Positions 52,973 through 62,216 of a stretch of 64,000 bases of DNA are shown piece by piece. The DNA is from an uncultured delta proteobacterium (GTDB lineage: Bacteria > Desulfobacterota > Desulfomonilia > Desulfomonilales > Desulfomonilaceae): assembly GCA_963789265.1 (NCBI GenBank), contig CAWBKB010000003.1, positions 672,001-736,000 on the forward strand, read 5' to 3'. The notes beneath the pieces were generated by a model. The model was not told the origin of the DNA and did no database searches. It saw only the letters and a list, made by a program, of their open reading frames with translations. The position numbers and the translations under genes are program-made. Numbering within the stretch: position 1 is the stretch's first letter; every line of letters begins with the position of its first letter.

Positions 52973-54406
52973 TCATATCGCCAGCGCCCGGCCGCCTGTC
53001 ATCACGACTTCCGCTGCACGAGCCGCTGCACTGCTGGCTTGAGCTACGGACTCCGGAATGTCAAGAGGACCCTGAGCGCACCCGCAGGTGTAAATTCCAG
53101 GAACGTTCGTATCCAGCGGCCTGTGGGGATGAGTCTTGACAAAGTTGTTCTCATCCAACTCCAGCCCGAGAAGCTGCGCCAGTTTGACGGTCCCCTTGGG
53201 AGCGGAGCAGGCATTGGCCAAAATGACCATATCCAGAGTCATGCTCGTAACCTTACGCTGCTCTGTATCTTCGTAATAGACCACCGGATTGAGTTCCTCG
53301 TCCTGAAGAATTTCCGCAACTCGCCCCCGGACGTACTTGATCTCCGAGACTTTTGCTCCGCGGATTTTGTACTCTTCGAAGCCTTTTCCAACAGTTCGCA
53401 AATCCATGTAAAAGATGTACGACTGCACACCAGGCTCATGTTCTTTTGCTATTATCGCTTCTTTTATGGAGTGCATGCAGCAATAGCTTGAGCAATATTT
53501 GTGGAAGCGAAAATCCCGGGACCCGACGCATTGCACGAATCCGAGTCTCTTGGCTGTGTGATATTTTTGTACGTGATCTTCCAGCCATTTCTGCTCGTTC
53601 AACAGTTTTGCTGCTTCGGATGAGTCCTCGGATTTTTCCGCTTTCTTGATGAGCTTGGGAATCTCCTTGAGTCTGGCCTCGCCATGGACGGCTGACGGCC
53701 GTGTCAGATGGCCCCTGGTTGGGCCGCCCGCGCTGAGGAGACGCTCCATTTCGAGGGAAGAAATGACGTTAGGCCATTTCCCGTAGCCATATTCTGAAAT
53801 CTGCGTAGCGTCAAAAAGTTCGTAACCGGTCGAGACAATTACCGATGCTACATTCAGGTCTACGTAGGTATCTTTTTGCTCGTAATCGACGGCCTTGGCC
53901 TGGCAGACTTTTGCACACACGCCGCATTTCTGCCCTTGCAAGACCCTGCACGCATTAGGGTCGATGGTGAATACGGACGGTATCCCCTGGGCGTAATCCT
54001 TGTAAATTGCCTTGCGCTGGTCAAGACCGAAATTGAACTCGTTAGGTACCTTTGTGGGGCACTTTTCCGCACAAGCTCCACACGCTGTGCATTTCGTATT
54101 GTCAACGTATCGGGCCTTCCTGTGGACCTTGACTTTGAAGTCACCGACTCGGCCCGAGAATTCTGTTATCTCGCTGTAAGCCAACAGGTCAATGTTCGGA
54201 TGCCGACCGACATCCAGCAACTTAGGCGAGAGAATTCATATAGTGCAGTCATTGGTGGGGAACGTTTTATCCAGTTGGGCCATTTTGCCCCCAATGCTTG
54301 GATTCTTTTCCACCAGATGCACGCGGACGCCCATTTCGCCGAGATCCAGGGCGGCTTGCATGCCGGCAATTCCACCGCCAATGATAAGAACTTCCTGTGA
54401 AGCCAT
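52973..54406 (-). CDS. hdrA: HdrA-family flavoprotein (N-terminal module), selenoprotein (Sec57, TGA 54238-54236)
   Basis: [15 protein letters not shown]...[28 protein letters not shown] in frame with the 415-aa ORF. Confidence 0.9.
54198..54235 (-). promoter_or_regulatory. Bacterial SECIS-like hairpin
   Basis: GGATGTC-GGTC-GGCATCC, loop at +28. Confidence 0.7.
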
Positions 54407-54466
54407 AATTCTTTACCGTCCTTCGGTTCAATAACCTTCAAATGTCGGCTTAACTGTTTGCCAATG

Positions 54467-55597
54467 TCAGGTTTTGAGTGTCTGAGCCATAAGGTCGTTG
54501 ATGTCACGGATCTTCAGGTCCAGTTCCGTGTCTCGCAGGGCACAGTTCAAATGCACACGGCACTTCGTGCAAGCTGTTACGATTGTTTCTGCTCCTGCCG
54601 CTATAGCCTCGCTCAGCCGATTTTTCTGTATTGCTTTGGAGCAGCTCGAACAACCCATCCAGCCACTAGTTCCGCAACAAAGGCTGTTTTCTCGATTGTG
54701 CTCCATCTCGTTAAAAGTGATGCCCGGGATGGCACGGATCAAGGTGCGAGGAGCATCCATGATGCCGGCCTGTCGACCGAGACGGCACGGATCGTGGTAA
54801 GTGACAACACCTTCAAGTGGAGTGAAGCTGCAAGCTCCGGAGGCCACTTTGTCAGCGAGAAGCTCGTAGAAGTGGACCAGTTCGAGGTCCATTTGCCCCA
54901 ATACTTCAGGATAGTATTTCTTAAAAGTTAGGTACCCTTCGGGGCACTGGAAGACTACGCGTTTACACCCCAGGCTCTTTATGAGGTCCACGTTGCGACG
55001 TGCCAGCTTCGCGAAATTTTCTTGGTCGCCGTTCCATAAGAGATCGTGACCGCAACAGCGTTCGTCATCGTGTACGACCGGCTCGATCCCGATGGAATTG
55101 AGAAGTTTCAACACCCCTTTTGGGCCGTCCATAACGTCCAAGTTCCAGTCGTCATGAAACTCCACATCGAAAAAGGGCGCGCATCCAACGAAGTAGTAGG
55201 TGTCACCGGTTTCGGATATCCGACCTGCCTCTTTCGCCCAGTCGGTTTTGCTTTGCTTAACGTCTAGTGTCTGTAACCGCATGATGGTCTGGAATAGACC
55301 CCTGTGAGCCGGAACGCCTCCCTTCCCTTGCCTGAAGGCCTCTCCGCGTACCATCCTCACGAACTCCGGGTAGTCGATCTTGGAGGGGCAGCGAGAGCTG
55401 CACTGGCCGCACGCGAGGCAGGACCAGATGTTCACATCTTCCAGAGGATTCTCTTCTTGGTCCATAAGGACCTTTTCGACCATCAGACGGGGCGAAAAAT
55501 CGGGAGTGACACGCGAGACAGGGCAGCTCCCCGTGCAGATCCCGCAGTCCAGGCAGTAGTAAGCGTGAGTCTGTTCAACAATTTCCGGTAGTTTCAT
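54467..55597 (-). CDS. HdrD-like protein (2x[4Fe-4S] + CCG domains)
   Basis: CLDCGICTGSCP, CLACGQCSSRCP, CCGH, YHDPCRLGR, CCG; ATGA overlap with mvhD stop. Confidence 0.9.
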   Translation of the reverse strand: MKLPEIVEQTHAYYCLDCGICTGSCPVSRVTPDFSPRLMVEKVLMDQEENPLEDVNIWSCLACGQCSSRCPSKIDYPEFVRMVRGEAFRQGKGGVPAHRGLFQTIMRLQTLDVKQSKTDWAKEAGRISETGDTYYFVGCAPFFDVEFHDDWNLDVMDGPKGVLKLLNSIGIEPVVHDDERCCGHDLLWNGDQENFAKLARRNVDLIKSLGCKRVVFQCPEGYLTFKKYYPEVLGQMDLELVHFYELLADKVASGACSFTPLEGVVTYHDPCRLGRQAGIMDAPRTLIRAIPGITFNEMEHNRENSLCCGTSGWMGCSSCSKAIQKNRLSEAIAAGAETIVTACTKCRVHLNCALRDTELDLKIRDINDLMAQTLKT

Positions 55598-56022
55598 GCT
55601 GCGGTCTCCGTCTTGGCAAGGGGATTCTTTCCCAGCTTCCGGACGTCCTCGGTAAAACTCCGGACCACTTCTGCAAACCGGGTCCCTTCCGACGCGGATA
55701 TCCATTCCCGCCGAAGGCGGCCGTCTTCGATACCGAGCAGTTTCATGAGTTTGCGGGTTTTTTCCAGGACCTTTTGTGCTTTCTCATTACCTTCCAGGTA
55801 ATGGCATTCACCGAGGTGTCAACCGGTGACAAGGACGCCGTCCGCGCCTTTTTCAAATGCTTTGAGTACGTAAGACGGAACGAGCATTCCCGAGCACATG
55901 AGCTTGATCAGCCGAATGCTTGGCGGATACTGCATTCTCCCAACGCCTGCGAGATCTGCACCGGCGTAGGAACACCAGTTGCATGCGAAGGCGATGATTT
56001 TAGGATTATACTCTGCGGTCAT
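55594..56022 (-). CDS. mvhD: MvhD-like [2Fe-2S] protein, selenoprotein (Sec68, TGA 55821-55819)
   Basis: [44 protein letters not shown]. Confidence 0.92.
55785..55818 (-). promoter_or_regulatory. Bacterial SECIS-like hairpin
   Basis: CATTACC-TGGAA-GGTAATG, loop at +23. Confidence 0.7.
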
Positions 56023-56084
56023 GTTGTCTCCACGAGAAGGAGTTTTAGGTTTCGATTTGCACATCGATAAGAGGCAATTTAGCG

Positions 56085-56192
56085 CCGCAACTGGTCATCG
56101 AAGCATGGCCGGCAGAGACGCCGGTCCTACCATGAACCCGGTAGGACCGGTCCCGCGAGACGCGGGATGCCGGTTATCAAATGCTGGTTGCC
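56085..56192. repeat. REP-like palindrome doublet inside the hdr cluster
   Basis: CCGGTCCTACC..GGTAGGACCGG plus TCCCGCGAGACGCGGGA. Confidence 0.7.
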
Positions 56193-56199
56193 TCCGAAT

Positions 56200-59100
56200 T
56201 CAGCTCAAGGCGGCTTCTATCATGTCGCCGACCTGCTCGTCTTTGAAATGACGAACCGCAGCCGCTCCCGTTGGGCAAGCGACGCCGCACGCTCCGCATC
56301 CCTTGCACAACGCAGGGTTAACTTCGGACTTCATCACGCCGGGGGCCACTTCTTTAAGCTCCGGCGCGTGGAATGGGCACACATCAACACAGCGCCCGCA
56401 ACCTCGACAAAGGAACTCGTCAACAAAGGACACCATGCCGGGGGCATCCACATACCCGCGGGCCAGAACCTGTGCGGCATGAGAAGCTGCTGCCTCTGCC
56501 TGAGCTATGGTTTCGTCCAACGGCTTCGGATAATGAGCCAAGCCCGCAAGAAAAACACCATCCGTCGCGAAATCAACCGGTCGCAACTTCATGTGGGCTT
56601 CCAGGAAGTAACCGTCTTCGTTCGTAGAGATCTTGAACATTCGGGCCAATTCTTTGTTGACCGGATTCGGGATTACCGCGGCGGCCAACACAAGACTGTC
56701 AGCTTCCAGAGTCATCGTGCCGCCCAAGACCAGATCCTCTACCCGAACCACCATCTTTTGGCCGAGTTCGACAACAGGAGGCGCCTCGGGCTCGTATCGA
56801 ACGAAGACCACTCCCATCCTCCGGGCTTGCTCATAATACGGCTCGTTCAGACCATAAGTGCGGATATCACGATAGAGCACATATATGTTGGCGTTGGGAT
56901 TGGCTTCCTTCAGGGCAATAGCATCCTTGACGGTGTGATTGCAGCACACCTTGCTGCACCACGGCCTTTCCTGGCAGCGGGAGCCCACACACTGTATGAA
57001 GACCGTGGTTCCGGCCTTCATCACGGCAGGGTCTTGGGCCTTCATCGCTTCGCTCATCTCAAGATGAGTCCTGATGCGCGGATCGGAGCCGTACCCATAA
57101 ATATCGGGCTTCCATTCACTTGCGCCGGTGGCCACCACTGCAACGCCATGCTCGACCTCGACAGGCTGGCTTCCTCCAGACGCTATCTTTGTCTTGAAAC
57201 TCCCGATGAAGCCCTGAACATCCCCGATGGCTGCATTAAAATACGTGCTGATCTTATCGCTTGAAGTAACCTTGTGCACCAACTCATCCAGATAAGGCCG
57301 TACCTCTTCCCCTTTGGTTGTATGATGCAATCTCAGAGCATTGCCGCCAAGCTTGTCCGAGGCTTCTACGAGATGCACGGGGAATCCCTGGTCCGCCAGG
57401 TTCAAAGCAGCGGTCATTCCCGCGACCCCACCGCCGATCACAAGAGCTGATTCAATCATCCCCAACTGTTGATCTTGGACCTGTTCCAGTAGTCGTGACC
57501 TGGCCACGGCCATTCGAATGAGATCTACGGCCTTCTCGGTGGCCATTTCCTTTTCTTGCATGTGAACCCAGGAACAATGCTCGCGAATATTCGCCATCTC
57601 CACGAGGTATTTGTTCAAGCCTGCTTCACGAGCGGTTTCCTGGAAAAGCGGCAGATGCGTGCGTGGGGTGCAAGAGGCCACTATGACGCGGTTAAGATTG
57701 TTCTCCTCAATGAGTTTCTTGATGTTGTTTTGAGTGTCCAGGGAGCAGGTGAACATGTTTTCTTCTGCATACGCCACTCCCGGCAGAGTCCGGACCCGCT
57801 CCACCACTTCGGATACGCTCACGGTGGATGCTATGTTGATGCCGCATCTGCAAACGAACACTCCAATCCGCGGTTCCTGGCCCGCAAAATTCTTTTCCGG
57901 AGGAAGCTGCTTCTTGGTTGTTAGCGTATTGCGTTGGTCCGCGAGCTGACGAACGGCTACTCCAGCCGCGGCCGAGGCTTCCATCACGGTCTGAGGAATG
58001 TCCTTAGGGGCCTGAAACGCGCCGGCAACAAAGATTCCCGGTCTGGTAGTCCCTACCGGATCGAACGTGCTAGTAGCGCAAAAATGGTTTTCATCCAGAC
58101 TAACGTTGAGAATTCGTGCTGTTTCCAGCGTGGATTCAGAAGGCTTGATGCCGACGGCAAGCACTACCATGTCGAAAGTTTCAGTGATCAACTGGCTGTT
58201 TTCCGACACGTAGGTTAGCTGAAGATCCTTTGTGACAGGATCTTCAACGACTCGGCTTACCATAGATCTGATAAAACGAACTCCGCCATTGTTCTTGGCA
58301 CGTTCGTAATACTTATCAAAGTCTTTACCGTAGGCACGGATGTCCATGAAAAAGATCGTAGGCTCGATAGAAGAGTCGTGCTCTTTAGCAATAACGGCCT
58401 CTTTGATCGAAGCCATGCAGCAGACAGAGCTACAATGAGGCATGCCTTTGCTGCGATCCCTCGATGCAACACACTGTATCCAAGCAACCTTTCGCGGGTG
58501 TTTGTTGTCGGAAGGACGCCTCACCTCGCCTGCAAACGGGCCGGATGCGCTCAAAATACGTTCGAATTGAACGTTTGTTACGACGTTGGCTGCTCTACCA
58601 TACGAAAATTCGCCTCGCAGTTTCTCAGGATTGACGACCTCGAAGCCTGGAGTGAGGATCACCGCCCCCACTCTTACCTCCAGCACCTCATCCTTGATCG
58701 AGTGGTCCACCGCCTGAGCCGGGCAAGCTCTCACGCATTCCATACATTCAGAGCACAAGCCGCAGTTCAGACAGCGTTCAGCCTCTTTCGCGGCGGCCTC
58801 AGCGCTTAAAACTCTTTCCACTTCGTTGAAATTCGCCACTCTGTCTTTGACCTGCATGTAAGCGGGCTCTAGCCGCGCTCGTTCGGGCATTTTGGGGATG
58901 GGCGGATAGACAAAATCCCTGGCCTGTTGCTTCTTTTCCCTGTGAGTTGTTCGTCCTGCTCGCACATCCCGGCCCTCTAAAAAGCGAGAAATCGATATGG
59001 CGGCCTCTTGCCCGGCTCCGACTGCCTCGACCACAGTTGCAGGCCCGGATGCAGCGTCACCTCCCGCGAACACTCCTTCGATATTGGTCTGGAAAGTAAG

Positions 59101-60639
59101 ATGATCGGTATGGATGGTATTCCTGGCGGAGCTGTTCAAACCTGTCACCCGATCCCAGAACTCGGGATCGATCTGTTGCCCGATGGCCGAAATTACCATG
59201 TCGGTCTGAAACACGAACTCCGAACCTTGAATGGGCACAGGTCTCCTGCGGCCGGAACGGTCGGGCTCACCGAGATCCATCTTGATGCACTTCAGCCCTT
59301 TAATACTCCCGTTTTCGTGGAGGACCTCTACAGGAGCAACCAAGTAGTTAATCTTGATATTCTCTTCCAAGGCAGCTTCGATTTCTTCTTCCCAGGCCGG
59401 CATCTCGGCACGGGTGCGGCGGTAGAGAATCGAAACTTCTTCAGCCCCTAAACGTAAGCTGGTACGGGCAGCGTCCAGCGCGGCGTTGCCACCACCGATT
59501 ACCGCCACTGACCGGCCCACCTTCACTTCTTGATTCAATTCAGCGTCACGGAGAAAAGAGACCGCTTGTACGACGCCTGCGGAGTCCTCTCCGGCAATGT
59601 CCATGCGAGAGCCCTTATGGCATCCGATCGCGAGGTAAACGGCGTTGAACTGGGCCCGAAGCTCGTCGAGGGAAATGTCTTTCCCCAGGCTGGTATTAGT
59701 GCGGACCTCTATACCATAACTAAGAATGTGCTGTATTTCAGCATCCAAGACTTCTCTGGGCAACCGATACTTGGGAATTCCCAATCTCAGCATACCGCCC
59801 AAGACGGAAGCCGATTCAAAAATGGTGCACGCGTAGCCCTCAAGCGCCAGGTAATAGGCTGCGCTCAGGCCGGCAGGTCCCAACCCGACTATGGCGACCT
59901 TCCCTTCTTTCGGGCTGATCTCGGGTCTAGGAAGGTCTTTATAATCTACGTTATCCGCGGCCACTCGTTTCAAATTTCGAATTGATACCGGAGAATCTTT
60001 CAAACCTCGGCGGCAGACCCCCTCACAAGGATGGGGACATACTCGCCCAAGCACGCCGGGCAACGGGAGATTCTCCATGATCAGCTCAATGGCTTGCTGG
60101 TATTTGCCCTGCTTCACAAGCTGCACATAGCCTTGGACATTGATCCCGGCCGGGCATTCGGCTACACACGGAGCGCGGTCCCCCTTATCAATTACAAACG
60201 CCTGCGGAATGGTTTGAGGGAACAGACGATACGCGGCTTTTCTCTCGCTCAGCTTCTCGTTGTATTCATCCGGAAGGGTGACCGGACAGGCGACGGCGCA
60301 ATCACCGCAGTTCTTGCATTTATCGATATCGATGTACCGGGTTTTTTTTCGGACCTTCACCCGGAAATCGCCGGGCTCGCCTTCTATGCCTTCGATCTGG
60401 CTATAGGCCAGAATTTCAACATTAGGATTTTGCCCAACGGTCACGAGTTTAGGGGAAAAAATGCAGGCGGAGCAGTCGTTTGTGGGAAAGGTCTTGTCCA
60501 GTTGGGCCATGACCCCTCCGATGCCGGCTTTCTCTTCAACGAGGTATACCTTGAAGCCTGACTCCGCCAGGTCCAGTGAGGCCTGAACACCACCTATTCC
60601 CCCACCGACCGTCATTATCGCGCCTATTTTTTCAGTCAC
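56200..60639 (-). CDS. hdrA: HdrL-type large HdrA with inserted GltD-like NAD(P)H/FAD domain
   Basis: [50 protein letters not shown]; second HdrA module with CTPRTH, CSKVCC. Confidence 0.92.
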   Translation of the reverse strand: MTEKIGAIMTVGGGIGGVQASLDLAESGFKVYLVEEKAGIGGVMAQLDKTFPTNDCSACIFSPKLVTVGQNPNVEILAYSQIEGIEGEPGDFRVKVRKKTRYIDIDKCKNCGDCAVACPVTLPDEYNEKLSERKAAYRLFPQTIPQAFVIDKGDRAPCVAECPAGINVQGYVQLVKQGKYQQAIELIMENLPLPGVLGRVCPHPCEGVCRRGLKDSPVSIRNLKRVAADNVDYKDLPRPEISPKEGKVAIVGLGPAGLSAAYYLALEGYACTIFESASVLGGMLRLGIPKYRLPREVLDAEIQHILSYGIEVRTNTSLGKDISLDELRAQFNAVYLAIGCHKGSRMDIAGEDSAGVVQAVSFLRDAELNQEVKVGRSVAVIGGGNAALDAARTSLRLGAEEVSILYRRTRAEMPAWEEEIEAALEENIKINYLVAPVEVLHENGSIKGLKCIKMDLGEPDRSGRRRPVPIQGSEFVFQTDMVISAIGQQIDPEFWDRVTGLNSSARNTIHTDHLTFQTNIEGVFAGGDAASGPATVVEAVGAGQEAAISISRFLEGRDVRAGRTTHREKKQQARDFVYPPIPKMPERARLEPAYMQVKDRVANFNEVERVLSAEAAAKEAERCLNCGLCSECMECVRACPAQAVDHSIKDEVLEVRVGAVILTPGFEVVNPEKLRGEFSYGRAANVVTNVQFERILSASGPFAGEVRRPSDNKHPRKVAWIQCVASRDRSKGMPHCSSVCCMASIKEAVIAKEHDSSIEPTIFFMDIRAYGKDFDKYYERAKNNGGVRFIRSMVSRVVEDPVTKDLQLTYVSENSQLITETFDMVVLAVGIKPSESTLETARILNVSLDENHFCATSTFDPVGTTRPGIFVAGAFQAPKDIPQTVMEASAAAGVAVRQLADQRNTLTTKKQLPPEKNFAGQEPRIGVFVCRCGINIASTVSVSEVVERVRTLPGVAYAEENMFTCSLDTQNNIKKLIEENNLNRVIVASCTPRTHLPLFQETAREAGLNKYLVEMANIREHCSWVHMQEKEMATEKAVDLIRMAVARSRLLEQVQDQQLGMIESALVIGGGVAGMTAALNLADQGFPVHLVEASDKLGGNALRLHHTTKGEEVRPYLDELVHKVTSSDKISTYFNAAIGDVQGFIGSFKTKIASGGSQPVEVEHGVAVVATGASEWKPDIYGYGSDPRIRTHLEMSEAMKAQDPAVMKAGTTVFIQCVGSRCQERPWCSKVCCNHTVKDAIALKEANPNANIYVLYRDIRTYGLNEPYYEQARRMGVVFVRYEPEAPPVVELGQKMVVRVEDLVLGGTMTLEADSLVLAAAVIPNPVNKELARMFKISTNEDGYFLEAHMKLRPVDFATDGVFLAGLAHYPKPLDETIAQAEAAASHAAQVLARGYVDAPGMVSFVDEFLCRGCGRCVDVCPFHAPELKEVAPGVMKSEVNPALCKGCGACGVACPTGAAAVRHFKDEQVGDMIEAALS

Positions 60640-60699
60640 GATGTCGCTCCAACATGATTCTAGGAAATCTAAATGTCTCTCAATTCCTGCCCAATACGC

Positions 60700-61552
60700 T
60701 TAAAGCAGCCCTTTTGCCGCGAGCAAATTCTTAGGTGAGACTATATGTTTCTCAAACCATGCGCCTGAGTTCGGGCTGGCAAAGGCCACACCGATCAGCT
60801 CGGTCAGATAGAGTATGGGAAGCTCATAGAGCTTTCCCGTCTCTTTCGAGATGTCTGCCTGGCGAGTATCCAGGTTTGCCTGGCACATGGGGCATAGGGT
60901 TACCATTGCGTCCGCTTCCACGAGAATCGCCATGTCCAGAAGCTTGCGCGAAAGTTTAAGCACCAGGTCGGTACGGGTCAGGGCAAGCGAGCCACCGCAG
61001 CAGTCGGTTTTGTAGGGCCAGCTCAATACCTCGGCACCGAGGGCCTCGAGTACATGGTCCAACTGCATGGGATTCTCAGGATCGGCTGGCTCCACAACCT
61101 CTATCGGGCGTACGGCAAGGCAGCCATAGTACGGGTACTACCTTCAACCCGGAAAGCGGTTTTGCTATGCGCTCCTTGAGCCGGACAAGCAACTCGGGGG
61201 AATGGAACATGTCCATGCCCGAGATCACCTTGATCCCGCCCTTGAACGGGAACCTCTTATGAAGCTCTTCTTCCTCCATGATACGCTTCGATGCGGCCTT
61301 CATCCTCACATGGCAACCCGCACAGGGGGCAACCACATCCATGCCGAGCTTCTCCGCTGTCATCAGGTCGCGTGCCGGAAGGGCTGCCTCCAGATAGGCA
61401 TCCACGACATGCGCTGATGAAGCGCCGCAGCATGTCCAGTCAGGGATCTCGCGTAGCGTCACATCAAGCTTCTCTGCAGAGAACCTGAACGATTCATCCA
61501 GTTCGCGAGCGCTGCCTGTCAGAGTGCATCCGGGGTAGTAACTGTATTCCAT
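60700..61552 (-). CDS. hdrB: Heterodisulfide reductase subunit B, +1 frameshift near 61134
   Basis: YYPGC, DWTCCGA, PCAGC; removing one C restores PYYGC; CCGGS, CPMCQANLD. Confidence 0.9.
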
Positions 61553-61588
61553 GATCTATCCTTGCATTTAGAGTGTTCGGGAGAATTC

Positions 61589-62140
61589 TTATTTCATTTG
61601 GGACTGCTCGAATACTTCTTTCACCTTACCGATATTCCGAGACCGGTGGGGGAGGAGATGCATTCTTCCTTTACGGAACATCTTCCAACCCAGCTCCATG
61701 TCCGAAAAGTAACTCTTGGTCTTCATCTTGTACATACCGACGAGAAACAACTCGTGCACGCGGCCGAAGGTACGGACGTTCTTGAGAAAAGTGGTATGAA
61801 ACGTCGGAACCTCCTGATCACCACCGGTAGGTATGTTCTGTTTGAGCGCCTGGTGACGGATCGGGTCCAAGAGAGCGGGTACGTCAATGCCGTTGGGGCA
61901 TCTCGCGCCGCAGGTATGGCAGGTCAAACAGAGCCAGATGCTCCTGGAACTCACGATCCGATCCACGTCACCCAGAACCGCAAGGCGTACCATCTGATGC
62001 GGAAGAAGATCCATCTCAGGGGCCACTGGGCAACCCGCCGAACACTTGCCGCACTGATAACACTGGTGAATCACCGAAGACAACTCTCCCACAGGTGGGG
62101 ATACCTTGCCGGGAGGCACATTCAAACCGGATTGCTGCAT
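61589..62140 (-). CDS. hdrC: Heterodisulfide reductase subunit C
   Basis: CYQCGKCSAGCP, IWLCLTCHTCGARCP, GRVHE. Confidence 0.9.
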   Translation of the reverse strand: MQQSGLNVPPGKVSPPVGELSSVIHQCYQCGKCSAGCPVAPEMDLLPHQMVRLAVLGDVDRIVSSRSIWLCLTCHTCGARCPNGIDVPALLDPIRHQALKQNIPTGGDQEVPTFHTTFLKNVRTFGRVHELFLVGMYKMKTKSYFSDMELGWKMFRKGRMHLLPHRSRNIGKVKEVFEQSQMK

Positions 62141-62216
62141 CGTTTTCTCCTGTTGTGAGGATCGCTTATCGCGACAATAATTTTCGCGGCCGAGCTTGCG
62201 GCGTTTTATCCTCAGT

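Noticed and set aside
61076..61140. TGA ending the first hdrB ORF as a fourth Sec codon
   Set aside because: It is reached only after the frame is lost at ~61134; the repaired frame has PYYGC and no TGA
6261..61552. Calling the 11 frameshifted genes pseudogenes or programmed frameshifts
   Set aside because: Uniform +1 direction, no shared slippery motif and involvement of rpmA point to sequencing error
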